The notes under the pieces: generated by a model
What the model was told of the DNA's origin: nothing
Database searches by the model: none
The model's input: the letters and a program-made list of their open reading frames with translations, nothing else
Origin: an uncultured delta proteobacterium
GTDB taxonomy: Bacteria > Desulfobacterota > Desulfomonilia > UBA1062
Reading direction: 5' to 3'
Assembly: GCA_963752595.1 (NCBI GenBank)
Contig: CAVVYZ010000009.1
Span: 288,001 to 352,000, forward strand
Length of the DNA: 64,000 nucleotides
Translations under genes and position numbers: made by a program
In this document: in pieces, positions 34,185 through 45,719 of the stretch
Position numbering within the stretch: the stretch's first letter is position 1
Layout: the number at the start of each line of letters is the position of its first letter

Positions 34185-36695
34185 ATGGGACAGGGCAATG
34201 ATGGAAAGAAGAACCGGAACAAAGACAAGCTCCCCTCCAGCACTGAGGAAATGATCTCCCGGTATGATAAAAACAGAGAGAACTCTCCTGAGAAGGTAAA
34301 AGAACTCATCCACGAACTGTCGATCCATCAGGCAGAGCTTGAGATCCGGAACGAGGAACTCAAGCTCGCACAAGCAGAGCTGGAAGGTTCCCGGAACAGA
34401 TACTTTGACCTGTATTACAGCGCTCCCATCGCATACCTCACCATTACCAACGCCGGCCTCATTGCAGAGATAAACTTGCGGGGCTGCGAAATGCTGGGGA
34501 TGGAGAGACACCTCATCCTGAAAAGGCCTTTTGGACGGTTCGTTCTAAAGGAAGACAAACCCGTCTACTCAAAGCATCTCGAACGCATGGAGCATGGAAG
34601 GACTGCAGGCACATGCGAGCTGAGACTGGCGCCCATAGGCAGCGGAATACTGAATGTTTACATGGAGAGCATCCCGCATGAGGATGAAACCGGAACGATA
34701 ATAGAGTTCGGGGCCGCACTGCTCGACATCACCGAACTGAAGGTTACGGAACAGAAGCGGCTCGAAGCAGAGCAGCGCTTCAGGATCCTGGCTGAGAATG
34801 CACCTGACTTCATCGCCTATTTCGACACAGGGCTGCGGTATCTCTATATAAACCCGCTCCTGGAAACCCTGACGGGAAAGGACAAATCCGAGTTCATCGG
34901 CAAGACCATGAAAGAGACAGATGTACCGGAAGGCTTCCGCACGATTCTGGAAGGGGCATTGAGGACCGTACTCCTCAAGGGCAAGGGGGTCGGTGTCGAA
35001 TTCTCGGTCCCGTCGGCACGGGGGGTAAGGATATACCATTCGCGGGTTTTCCCCGCTTTTTCCAAAGACGGCCATATCGAGATCCTGATGGCCATCGGCA
35101 ACGACATCACCGAGCAGAAAAGGATGGAAGAGAACCTGAAGAAGTCCAACGAGGACCTGGAAACCAGCGTCCGTATCCGCACCGCCGAATTGACGCTGAT
35201 CAATGAGAAGCTCAAGGAGGAGATAGCCGACCGGGAAAAGGCCGAATCAGAGCTCCGCAAGCAGAGTGAGATACTGCAGACCATCATCGACAATATGCCC
35301 GCAATGCTCTGCCTCGACGACAGGAACGGCCATACCAAGATGATCAATATGCCCTTCGAAAACCTGACGGGGTGGACCATGGAAGATGCCCGGAAAGATG
35401 ATTTCCTTATTCGGGTATACCCGGAAGCAGATCGCCTGCAAGAGGCATCGGAACATTGGGACAAGGAAGGGCCGCAGTGGATCGATCTCCCGATGAGAAC
35501 CAGGGACGGCCGTGACCTGCCGGGTTCATGGTCGAGGGTGAAGCTCTCGACCGGTGATCAGATTTACATCGGGATCGACCTGACGGACCGCATCAAGGAA
35601 GAGCAGGAACGTATACGCCTTGCCGCTGCCATTGAGCAATCACCGGTAGGCCTTGCCATTGCAGACTCCGAAGGAAGGATCCAGTTTGTGAATCCTTCCT
35701 TCGAAGCCTTCAACGACTGCAGGAGGAGCGAAGCGCTGGGCAAAAAAGTCTCTGCCGTCCTGACAGAAGGGCAGCACCAGGAGTGGGTGAAAAAGGAAAT
35801 CGAGGATGCTTTCGCCTCGAAAGGGGAGAGGAGAGGCACGCTGGAACGCAGGAACAAGACGGCAAAACTCGAGCTTACCGTAACAATAGCACCGTTCAGA
35901 GACCCTTTGGGGAATATTATCAGCTATCTTATATTCGAAAAAAATGTTACCCGCGAGCGGGAGCTTGAACGCCACCTCGCAAAAAACCAGAGGATGGAGC
36001 TCATCGGGACCTTTGCCGGAGGCATTGTCCACGATCTCAACAATATCCTCAATCCTGTTATCATGAATGCAGAAGCGCTCCTGGAAGAGATCCCTCCCGA
36101 AAGCCCTGTCAGACCCGAGGCTGAAATGATCCTCGAAGCAGGGATGCGGGGCAAGGACCTTGTGCGGCAGATCCTCACCTTTACTACCGGAAAAAGAGAA
36201 GAGCGCACGCTTCTGAAAATATCATCCCTCGTGAGGGAATCGCTCAAGCTCATCCGGGCCATGCTTCCCGCCACCATCGAGATCCGTTCGGGAATACCCG
36301 GAGAAACCGGGTCCGTCATGGCAGAGCCCACACAGATACGGCAGGTGGTGATGAACCTCATCAGCAACGCAGCCCATGCCATAGGAGACCGGGTAGGGGT
36401 GATCGAGGTGAAGATGGACAGCATAACCGTGGATACTGCTGTGGAAAAGGAATATCCCGGCATAAGACCGGGAAGTTATACAAGACTCGCGGTGAAAGAC
36501 ACGGGACAAGGCATATCCAAAGATGACCTGAACCGTATCTTCGAGCCCTTTTTCACCACCAAAAAGCCGGGCGAAGGCACCGGCCTCGGGCTTTCCGTTG
36601 CCCGCCGGATCATCAAAGGTCATGGCGGCATCATCACAGCTTCCAGCCGGCCGGGAAAGGGAAGCACATTCCAGGTTCTCCTGCCCGAAGCATAA
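34185..36695 (+). CDS. Multi-PAS sensor histidine kinase
   Basis: Coiled coil 'HEL..HQ.ELE..NEEL', several PAS, 'AGGIVHDLNN', 'FFTTK..G.GTGLGL'. Confidence 0.92.
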   Translation: MGQGNDGKKNRNKDKLPSSTEEMISRYDKNRENSPEKVKELIHELSIHQAELEIRNEELKLAQAELEGSRNRYFDLYYSAPIAYLTITNAGLIAEINLRGCEMLGMERHLILKRPFGRFVLKEDKPVYSKHLERMEHGRTAGTCELRLAPIGSGILNVYMESIPHEDETGTIIEFGAALLDITELKVTEQKRLEAEQRFRILAENAPDFIAYFDTGLRYLYINPLLETLTGKDKSEFIGKTMKETDVPEGFRTILEGALRTVLLKGKGVGVEFSVPSARGVRIYHSRVFPAFSKDGHIEILMAIGNDITEQKRMEENLKKSNEDLETSVRIRTAELTLINEKLKEEIADREKAESELRKQSEILQTIIDNMPAMLCLDDRNGHTKMINMPFENLTGWTMEDARKDDFLIRVYPEADRLQEASEHWDKEGPQWIDLPMRTRDGRDLPGSWSRVKLSTGDQIYIGIDLTDRIKEEQERIRLAAAIEQSPVGLAIADSEGRIQFVNPSFEAFNDCRRSEALGKKVSAVLTEGQHQEWVKKEIEDAFASKGERRGTLERRNKTAKLELTVTIAPFRDPLGNIISYLIFEKNVTRERELERHLAKNQRMELIGTFAGGIVHDLNNILNPVIMNAEALLEEIPPESPVRPEAEMILEAGMRGKDLVRQILTFTTGKREERTLLKISSLVRESLKLIRAMLPATIEIRSGIPGETGSVMAEPTQIRQVVMNLISNAAHAIGDRVGVIEVKMDSITVDTAVEKEYPGIRPGSYTRLAVKDTGQGISKDDLNRIFEPFFTTKKPGEGTGLGLSVARRIIKGHGGIITASSRPGKGSTFQVLLPEA

Positions 36696-36795
36696 GACAC
36701 GGGGCAGCCCCTTGATCCGCTGTACTGGACACATCCTGCCGTCTATGGTATTCACCCGCTTGAAATCTTCAAATACCTAACAAAAGAGAGAAGAG

Positions 36796-37785
36796 ATGAC
36801 GGCAACCATACTGATGACCGCACTGAGCCTCGGCATAATCCTCCTTTCCTGCTACGTATTCGTCAATGCCGTGGAGCAGGCAGGCGATAAGCTTAACCTT
36901 CACCAGGGAATCATCGGGAGCATCCTCGCCGCAGTAGGCACGGCGCTGCCCGAAACCATCATCCCGATCATGGCCATTCTCATATCAAGCTCGCCGAACG
37001 CCCATGAAATAGGCATAGGCGCAATCGCCGGAGCGCCTTTCATGCTGGGGACCCTGGCCTTCTTCGTCACAGGGGCGGCCGTCATCGTCTATACCGCGCT
37101 GGGCAAAAGGACATTGACGATGAATGTAGACATCCCCCATCTGCGCAAGGACCTCACCTTTTTCGTGCTCATCTACGGCTTGGCCGTCCTCACTACTTTC
37201 ATCCACCACCACACCCTGCGGATCGTCATCGCGGCGGCACTTATGCTCTCGTATATCCTGTATCTGAAAATGATCATCTCCTCCGAGTGCAGCTCGAACG
37301 ATTTCGTTGAAGAGCTCTACCTTTCACGTTTTCTCAGGCTCCCCGATAACCTCGCCTCCATCGCTGTGCAGATCCTGCTGGGGCTCGTGCTCATCATCTT
37401 AGGCTCCCACCTGTTCATCGGCTATGTGGAGGAACTTTCGATAACTTTTGGTGTGGCCCCGCTCATCCTGTCCATCATCATCACGCCCATTGCCACTGAG
37501 CTGCCGGAGAAGATGAACTCCATCATCTGGGTCGGAAAGAAAAAAGATACGCTGGCGCTCGGGAACATAACCGGCGCGATGGTCTTCCAGAGCTGCTTCC
37601 CGGTCGTCTTCGGCATCCTTTTCACGCCCTGGAATCTCACCGGAACCACCATGCTCTCCGCAGGACTCGCCTTCTGCTCCTCGCTCCTGGTCCTCGCCTG
37701 GATCACAATCTTCAAAAAAATCAACCCCTTTACACTGCTCGTAGGAGGATTCCTCTACGTATCATTCCTCGTATACGTATTCTGA
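36796..37785 (+). CDS. Sodium:calcium exchanger (CaCA) family antiporter
   Basis: Alpha repeats 'GTALPE' and 'ATELPE', 'GNITGA'; about 10 TM helices. Confidence 0.88.
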   Translation: MTATILMTALSLGIILLSCYVFVNAVEQAGDKLNLHQGIIGSILAAVGTALPETIIPIMAILISSSPNAHEIGIGAIAGAPFMLGTLAFFVTGAAVIVYTALGKRTLTMNVDIPHLRKDLTFFVLIYGLAVLTTFIHHHTLRIVIAAALMLSYILYLKMIISSECSSNDFVEELYLSRFLRLPDNLASIAVQILLGLVLIILGSHLFIGYVEELSITFGVAPLILSIIITPIATELPEKMNSIIWVGKKKDTLALGNITGAMVFQSCFPVVFGILFTPWNLTGTTMLSAGLAFCSSLLVLAWITIFKKINPFTLLVGGFLYVSFLVYVF

Positions 37786-37940
37786 GCACCGAATCCTTCA
37801 CAGACACAAGGGAGTAGTATAAGCATTTTAGAGTGAGTCGAGCTCCCAACGGAAAGCCGGTAGACAAAGAGATCGAGCACTGGCATCCCTTCTCCTGCAA
37901 GGCTGAAACGCTTGGTGGGAGGTGAGGAAAGTCTTTATTT

Positions 37941-40327
37941 TCAGCCTTTCAGTGCCCGGTTGATTGCTTCGTCCAGGTCCTTGGTTGTGGCTGGTTTCAT
38001 GAGGAGCTCTTTTATGCCCATATTTTTTGCTTCCTGATCGGAGATCACCTCGCTGAAGCCCGTGCACAGGATGACCGGCACGTCCGGGCGGATGCGCATC
38101 GCTTCTTCCGAGAGCTCCACGCCGGTCAGGCGGGGCATGGTCTGGTCGGTAATGATGAGGTCGAAATCCTGGGGATTCTTCCGGAAGAGGTCCAGGGCCG
38201 CCTCGGAATCCTTTTCCGCCGCCACGGTGTATCCCATCCGCTCCAGTGCGCGCTGGACGCTGTTGAGGACGATGCTCTCGTCATCGACCAGGAGAATCTG
38301 CTTCTTTTCATGGGACTTATTCCCGATACTTAAAGGCTCATTTTTCTGCAGATACTCCCTGTCGAGAAGCGGCAGATAGACGATAAACCGGGAACCCTTG
38401 CCCGGCTTGCTCTCCACCGTGATCGCCCCCCGATGGCTCTTCACGATACCGTGAACCACTGCGAGCCCCATGCCGCTGCCCTTGTTAACGTCCTTTGTCG
38501 TGTAAAAAGGCTCGAATATATGGTCCATGACGTCATGGCTCATGCCTTTGCCCGTGTCGCTACACCGTGAGCTTCAGGTAGCGGCCCGGCTTTATGTCCG
38601 AGTGCATATGGTCCGGCTCCATGAGGGTGTCGCTCAGCTCGATCTCAATGGTGCCGGTCTGGGATGAAGTGCGTCTGCAGCATTGCTGCACAGGTTCATG
38701 ATCATCTGATGGACCTGGGTCGGGTCGCCCAGGATCATGTCGATCCGAAGCATTGATCTTCTGCTTGATCTCTATGGTGCTCGGCAGCGATGCCCGCAGA
38801 AATTTCAGCGATTCTTTTATCAGCGGCCCGACCTTGATGGGCTTGAGCTTCTGCTCGCTCCTGCCTGCTGAATGCGAGGATCTGCCTCACCAGGTCCCTC
38901 TGACGGTATGCTGCCGTGAGTATCTGACGCAGGGGCTGGTGCGTGGCCGTACCAGGGCCTTCTTCATCCAGGAGCATCTCCGTGTTGATGATGATGGGAT
39001 AGAGGATATTGTTCAGGTCGTGGGCTATACCGCCGGCAAGCCTTCCGAGGGCCTCCATCTTCTGCATCTGGCGGAGATGCTGCTCCATTTTGATCTCGTT
39101 CGTGACATCATGCTCGATCACGACGTAGTTGAGAGTCCGGCCCTGTTCATTATGTACGACGGATACGGTTGCCTCTATTTCACACATGGTACCGTCCTTC
39201 CTTTTGTCGGCAATATGGCCCTTCCACAGTCCCTCCTGATCGAGCACATCATGCACCTGCCGGGACGTCTCGCTCCCTCCCTGCAGAAGCGCCATGGGTT
39301 TGCCGATCATTTCATCGTGGCTGTAGCCGCTGATCCGCTCGCTTGCAGTATTCACATACTCGATAACGCCTTTTGCATCGGTCACGATAATCCCGTCGCC
39401 GGCCTGGCCGACGGCCTTTTCGAGCATGAGCCGTTCTTTTTCCAGGAGCTTGCGTTCCGTCCTGTCTATCAGGGTCAGGATCACCCCCTGGACATGGCCG
39501 TCCGCGCTCTTGACAGGCTGGAGATTCCAGTCTGCATACATCTCGTTTCTGATGCTGTTCACACAGTCGAAGTACTTGTCCTCAGCACTGAAAGGCTCAC
39601 CCTTCTCAACCACCTGATGGAAGACTGCCCTTTCATCTTCCCGTGCATAGAGGTCGAAGAAGTTCTTGCCTTTGAAATATTCAACGGCCATGCCGCAGAC
39701 ATCGGCAAAGGATTGGTTCACACGGACGAAATTCATGTCGCGGTCGAGATATGCAACAAGGATATGCGTATTGCTGAAAATTCTCTCAAGGAGCGAATTT
39801 GTCTTTTCCAGGTCATCCCGGCTCTTCTTTTCCGAGGTGATATCGGTAACCACACCGCAGAATACAGTAGCCTGGTCCATTTCAAGCGGCGAGAAGGACA
39901 CGTATGCATACATCGCCCCGCCGTCCGGCTTCTCGAAGACGACTTCCTTTCTCCTGGACTTCCTATCCCCGTTCGAAACCATCTTTTCGATAACCGTGCG
40001 TGACTGGGGCCGGAGGTATTTGTACAGGGATGACCCCATGAGCTTCGAGAGCGGAACGCCCAGCATCTTCGCAAGCTGCTTGTTGCTGTAGAGGATGAGG
40101 CCTTCATTGCTTATGGTTACCGTGCCTTCGCACATCTCTTCGATGATGATGCGGTAAGGGCGGTCTGCTTCTTTGAGGGTAAAAACCTGCTCGCCGGAAG
40201 GGCCTGACACCACGAGGGCATCGACCTCACCACTCCGGATTGCATCCAGGTTTGCCTGTGCTTCCTGAAATTGATCCCGTAAGGTTTCTATCTTGCTGAT
40301 TAATTCTGCCTTTGTCTTGTCTTTCAT
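37941..40327 (-). CDS. Kai-associated multi-PAS hybrid histidine kinase with REC domain (frameshifts 38550-38870)
   Basis: 'LDAIRSGEVDALVV...VFTL..AD.PYR', PAS domains, 'AGGIAHDLNN', HATPase and REC 'LLVDDE..DQTMP'. Confidence 0.85.
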
Positions 40328-40386
40328 TGTTCCCTTCTCATGATGCATGAATCTATATCGTCACATCCTTTTCCTCCCCAGGGGCG

Positions 40387-40728
40387 TCAGCCTTTGGGCA
40401 CGATGTTCAAACCAAGGAGGACCTGGTCAATATCCGAGAGGTCTCCGATGATCTTTTTCAGCGGAGCGGGAAGCTTTTTGACGAGCGTCGGGGCGGCTAT
40501 GATATTTTCTTCCATGGCCAGACCCGGCTGCTGATACACGTCAATGACCTCCAGCTCGTATCTTCCTTCGAGGTGCTCTTCGCAGATCTTTTTGATATTC
40601 TTAATGGCCCGCTGGGACCTTGGGGTTGATCCGGTGACATACAAGCGCAGTACATATTTAGTATCGGGAGCTCCCCTCAGGGCCTCTTCGAATGCATCGA
40701 CCTTATCGCCTTCATGCTTCTTCTTCAC
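40387..40728 (-). CDS. kaiB: KaiB-family protein (copy 2)
   Basis: 'LRLYVTG.TPRS..A..N', 'I.AAPTL.K.LP.P....IGDLS'. Confidence 0.92.
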   Translation of the reverse strand: MKKKHEGDKVDAFEEALRGAPDTKYVLRLYVTGSTPRSQRAIKNIKKICEEHLEGRYELEVIDVYQQPGLAMEENIIAAPTLVKKLPAPLKKIIGDLSDIDQVLLGLNIVPKG

Positions 40729-40774
40729 GACTTTCTCCTACACCTCCCATAGCGGAGAACCACTTTGTTTATGC

Positions 40775-41067
40775 TTATGCCGGCCGCAAATCAAGGCCCA
40801 CCAGAACCCGCTCCGTGTTGGAAAGGTCTCCGATAATCTTTTTTATAGGTTCCGGAAGCTTCCTCACGAGGGTGGGGAGGGCAAGGATCTGATCTCCCTT
40901 GGCCAGCTGGGGGTTCTCCAGCAGATCGATCACCTCGATGCGGTACTGCCCCGCCAGGTATTCTTCACATATCTTTTTGAGGTTCGCGAAGGCCGTCATC
41001 GACTTCTGAGTCTGCCCGGCGACATATAACCTCAGCTCCATACTCCGTCCTGATTTTCCGTGTCCAT
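40775..41067 (-). CDS. kaiB: KaiB-family protein (copy 1; probable 1-nt deletion near 41040)
   Basis: '[10 protein letters not shown]', '[12 protein letters not shown]', 'IGDLS'; GGGAGG RBS precedes ATG 41067 ([10 protein letters not shown]); alternative start 41041. Confidence 0.88.
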
Positions 41068-41188
41068 AATGCCTCCCATGCGCACAAGTCATTACTCCCC
41101 AAGAGACGAGACACTCATGATTGCACTATCTCTTTTCATCCCCTTGTAACCGCCTCTCGTACTGCCCTTATAAGGCGCCGTCCTTCCT

Positions 41189-42904
41189 TCATTTTTCTCC
41201 CGGCTCATCTGCCTTGCGGCTCAAGGCCATTTCTTTCCTGTGCTGGGCAATGGATGTAGGGCGATATTCCTCTTGTCGATCTCGTTGGCGAGATCGTTCT
41301 TTTCATACTCAAAGTCCGTGCGGACCTGCGCAATCTGAGCATCCATCATGCTGCGCCGTTTTTCCATATTCAACTCGAGCCGTTCTGATTTCCCTTCGGA
41401 GCGCTTCCTCCCGATCCCTTTCCTTCGCCTCCTGGGCGAGCCTGGCCGAGCCGGTGAGCACGCCTCCGGCCCGACATAAACATCGAGGATATCCACCCCG
41501 GTATTGGTGAATATGTATTCCCGGATCTGGTTCGAGTGTGCCATGCCGCGGGACTTCAGGATGTACATGCCCCGGTTGCGCTCGCCGCCTATCTCGATGG
41601 TCTTCAGGAGCAGCCACGTATCGGCCAGGGAGGAAATTCCCACATCGGTTGATTCCCCCCTCCCTCACCCGAGGTAAGGGATGTGAGCAGAGTGGTGACC
41701 CCTTTTTCTTCAGATAGTCGATCAGCCGCTGGATCATGGACCTGACCTCTTTGAATGACCCGACATCGGGAAGATTGCTGAACGGGTCTATCGCTACGAC
41801 CGACGGGTTGAACTCGTCGACCACCCTCATCATCTTCATGAGATGATGCTCCAGCCCGTACATCGTGGGCCTCTCGGCGACGAACCTCAAGAGCTCGGCA
41901 TCCTTCCACTGCCTTAAGTCAAGGCCGATGGAGGACATGTTCCGCATGATCTGCTCCGGGACTCCTCGAAGGCAAAAAAGACGGCGCGCTCACCGCGCCG
42001 ACACGCAGCGTCTATGAATGTCGATGCTATGCTCGACTTGCCGGTGCCTGCAGTGCCTGTGACGAGGATAAGGCTGCCCCGGTAGTATCCGAAGCCGCCG
42101 AGCATGGCATCCAGCCGGTAGATGCCCGAGGAGATCCTCTCGTTGCCTGCCTTATACACCAGGCCCATGGTGGTGATGGGAAGCACCACGAAGCCCGGTA
42201 TCGCTTATCAGGAAGGGGTATTCGTTCGTCCCGTGCTCCGACCCCCGGTATTTGACGACGCGCAGCCGCCTGGTCGAAACCTCTTCAGTTACGCGGTGAT
42301 CGAGCAGGACGACGCAGTCGGAAACATACTCTTCAAGGCCTTCCCGCGTAAGGGAGTCTTTCCCGCGCTCTCCGGTGATGATCGTGGTCATCCCCTTGTC
42401 TTTGAGCCATCGGAAGAGCCTGCGGAGCTCTGCCCGGAGAATCGCCGTGTTGGGCAGACCGGCAAAGAGCGATTCGATCGTATCCAGCACCACCCGTTTC
42501 GCACCCACGGAATCGATGGCGTACTGGAGACGGATGAACAGGCCCTCGAGATCGTATTCACCGGTTTCTTCGATCTCGGAGCGCTCGACCCGGACAAAAT
42601 CCATGAAGAGGAGGTTTCCGCTGCAGAGCTTCGCTACGTCAAAGCCCAGCGATGCGCCGTTTGAGACCATCTCATCCGTGCTTTCTTCAAAGGAAACGAA
42701 TACGCCCGGCTCGCCGTACATCTCTGCGCCCCGGACCAGGAATTCCAGGCCGAGCATGGTTTTGCCGGTACCGGGATTCCCGGTTACGAGTGTGGTTCTG
42801 CCCTTGGGCAACCCTCCGTTGGTAACACTGTCAAACCCCTGGATGCCGGTGGGTACCTTTTCCACCTTTGTCGCATGAACCTCATTGCTTTGGCTGCACT
42901 TCAT
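41189..42904 (-). CDS. kaiC: KaiC double-domain ATPase/kinase (several frameshifts)
   Basis: CI 'PTGIQGFD..GNPGTGKT', 'FEE', 'KYRGS.H'; CII 'GTAGTGKS', 'GISSLADTW', 'KSRGMAHS'; C-terminal coiled coil. Confidence 0.9.
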
Positions 42905-43512
42905 CTGCGGCTTCCTTTCAATATGGCAGGTAGGTTTGTTCATAGGTGCAATAGAATTAATATTTGTAACCGATAGTGCATAACACAACCCTGATCCTAG
43001 ATGCAAACAATAATATAATTTACCAATATCTGCATCAGGTAATCCTATCTTGCAAAGAGTTAGATGATTATGACAGCATAAAGATGCACGGTAACGGGAA
43101 ACATCGTGAAGCGTCTCTTGATTTATCTTTCAGGGGTTCTGCAGGCCCAGCGGCCGTATTCAAAATATCAGTTTACCCCGGGACATGAAAGCGGGATAAT
43201 ATGGTAACCGGCCCGGATAAAAAACGTCCGGAGCTGAAAAGGTACCGGATTGAACGATATTTTTCATTCTTCCATGAAATTTGACAGATCTTTCAATGCC
43301 GATTGGTGAAGCGGGATTATGACTTTTCATTCCCTACATGATATAAGGCCGATACCCTTGTTGGTTGAAACGGCATGCTCTATGCTTACCATAGAGTATG
43401 GGGGCTTTTGCCATGGGTTTACAACGGGTGTTTCTTCGGAGGATTTCTCTTTCACGGAGCTTAACAAGCGTTTCTTGCAAAAAGAACGATGCACACAAGC
43501 GGGAGGATTGAG

Positions 43513-43968
43513 ATGCTCTACTACAATCTGATGGAAACAGTGAGGAAGAACGAATATCTCCTTACCAGGGATCTCGTCGGCGAGATCCGGAAGACGCCCG
43601 AAGCCGCACATTATCACAACCTCATGGAAGACGCGCTATATGAACGCATCCACCAGGTGATCTACCATGCCTACAAGCGCCATTCGGACTGGCTGGACAA
43701 CGAATCTTCGAAAAATACGATTTCCGCCTACTATTCCGAACTCGGCAGGGAGAGACATGAAGAAGGGATTCCCCTTCATGAAGTGATCGTGGCCCTCTTT
43801 CTCATCAAGAAAAGGGTCTACCGGTGTATCAATGAGAGGATGGACCTGGGAAAAAACTATACCCATAAGCAGGTCACCGATCTCTTCCTGAACGTCGGCC
43901 TATTCTTCGACCGGATGGTCCGGTCGGTCATTACCGGCTATCAGGAGAGTTCCGCTTCAAGGGCTTAG
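43513..43968 (+). CDS. Hypothetical protein, possible RsbR-N/globin-like helical sensor
   Basis: 'Y.ELG.ER..EGIPL.EV..AL', 'FFD......GY'; GGAGG RBS. Confidence 0.55.
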   Translation: MLYYNLMETVRKNEYLLTRDLVGEIRKTPEAAHYHNLMEDALYERIHQVIYHAYKRHSDWLDNESSKNTISAYYSELGRERHEEGIPLHEVIVALFLIKKRVYRCINERMDLGKNYTHKQVTDLFLNVGLFFDRMVRSVITGYQESSASRA

Positions 43969-44054
43969 GGAGCAATGCAACAAAAAAACAGGGCATGCCT
44001 CCTGCAGCCGCTGGGAGTATGGGTATACCTTGAAGGGGCAGGAAGGTATCAGCC

Positions 44055-44249
44055 TTACTCGTAAGGATTGGCCTGCGGCCCGGGAACGATCCCCGCGATA
44101 TCGGGGTCGTAATCACCGTCTTTGTCTGATTTGCCCGAGGACTTGAGTTCCTTCCGCTCGCCCTTCTTCGCTTCTTTGGCAATCTTCTTGCGGCGTTTGG
44201 ATTCTTCACGTTCTTTTTTCTTGAATGTATTTGTCGACTTCGTTGCCAT
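44055..44249 (-). CDS. Small basic protein downstream of csp
   Basis: GGAGG RBS; Lys/Arg-rich helix then 'DPDIAGIVPGPQ'. Confidence 0.7.
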   Translation of the reverse strand: MATKSTNTFKKKEREESKRRKKIAKEAKKGERKELKSSGKSDKDGDYDPDIAGIVPGPQANPYE

Positions 44250-44344
44250 GAGTACCTCCCGGTACGTTATCTTCAAAACAGCTTCGGGTTCCCATCCCGG
44301 GTGAGGAATGAAAAAGAGCGGATTGTTGTTTATGCTCTCTGAAG

Positions 44345-44385
44345 AAAAAGAGCGGAGCGGAGAGGGAAAAGATCCACCCTCCGCT
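44345..44385 (-). terminator. Probable terminator after csp
   Basis: AGCGGAGGG...CCCTCTCCGCT then CCGCTCTTTTT on minus strand. Confidence 0.45.
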
Positions 44386-44393
44386 ACGGATTT

Positions 44394-44594
44394 TTACGCC
44401 TTGGTGACGTTTGAAGCCTGCGGGCCTTTATCCCCTTTGACTACATCAAAGGTAACCTGATCACCCTCGTCCAGTGCGCGAAATCCCTGCTGGTTGATCG
44501 CGGTGTGGTGGACGAAGATCTCTTCACCGTTTTCGGAAGTGATGAAACCGTAACCTTTCTCTCTATTAAACCACTTTACTGTTCCTTTTGCCAT
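44394..44594 (-). CDS. Cold-shock protein (CSD)
   Basis: 'GTVKWFN..KGYGFI', 'IFVHH', 'GPQA.NV'. Confidence 0.95.
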   Translation of the reverse strand: MAKGTVKWFNREKGYGFITSENGEEIFVHHTAINQQGFRALDEGDQVTFDVVKGDKGPQASNVTKA

Positions 44595-44989
44595 TGTTAA
44601 TCCTCTTTCTTTAAGACCTCAACGGGCATACATCGAGGTTTTTGTGTTATATTTCTGAAAAAGAAGATATCCTGTTGAATTGCGAACCTTTTTTAGTTGC
44701 TTTCCTTCTTTGATCTCTCGCCGGCAGGATTCAATTCAGATATTTTCATAGTTCAGATGTTCGGTACCAGTTATCCAGAACGACCATTGCTGTCAAGAAA
44801 AATGTGGTGGATGAAAATGTCGGCGTCTATCATACTATAATATAAGGCGCTCTCCAGTATGTTGTATCTTTACATTTTCTTTCCGTGAGGAGCACGCCTG
44901 AACGATTTATTGCATGGAGAATCATAAGTTATTGACATGTCTACCTTCTCCGTGCCATATTCTTAGCTACTACCCACTGGGGGCATGAA

Positions 44990-45235
44990 ATGGGATTTTC
45001 AGAAGCAAAAAGAAATACAAAGCTTATCCTGATCGGGGTCGGGGTCTTATGCCTCATCATCTTCCTTTTCCAGAATTTCGAGATGACGTCTTTCCAGTTT
45101 CTCGTGTTCACCCTGTTTGTCGCTCCCAAGTGGATCGTAATAACCATGACATTCCTCCTGGGCTTCGTCTTCGGTTACATCTATGCCAAGAAAAAGACCT
45201 GGTCAGAGGTTAGGCGGGACGAACCTCTGGTATAG
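44990..45235 (+). CDS. Small membrane protein (LapA-like)
   Basis: 'IFLFQN...FQFL' followed by second TM 'TFLLGFVFG'. Confidence 0.6.
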   Translation: MGFSEAKRNTKLILIGVGVLCLIIFLFQNFEMTSFQFLVFTLFVAPKWIVITMTFLLGFVFGYIYAKKKTWSEVRRDEPLV

Positions 45236-45531
45236 CAGCGCTTACTCCCTGCTTACTTTCTGAAAAACGTATACCCTCGGCGATGCCGCTGCTGCATACA
45301 ATGCAGTGGGTCGATGCATCACCTCATCTTGAAATCGTGTATGTGAGCGGCACATAAACCAGGATAGAAGTAATCCCCCGATTCGCACGTTTCATTCAAC
45401 GGCTTTTAAACATTGCTTTCAATAAATCGTTCTTTCAGGGCGACCTTCCCTTGTCATCGATCGGATGCAGTTCAGTTATAATTATGAATTCTCAATGTAT
45501 TACAGTGTTTTTTTCGTTCATATCGCAGGAT

Positions 45532-45546
45532 TGGCACAATGGTTGC
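45532..45546 (+). promoter_or_regulatory. Sigma-54 (-24/-12) promoter
   Basis: TGGCAC-AATGG-TTGC matches consensus; AT-rich upstream. Confidence 0.7.
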
Positions 45547-45719
45547 GTTATAGATGGCATCAAGTAGCCGTGAAGATGGACAGTTAAATGAAGAGGAGAA
45601 CCAGACAATAATCGTAGCGGTTTTCGCGGTTCTTATCACTTCGACCTTTGCCTTTGCCTTTGCAGCGGCAGCAGCCCCCGAGACCTGGGGGCTGGGATAG
45701 CCCGAAAGGAGGAGATGTT

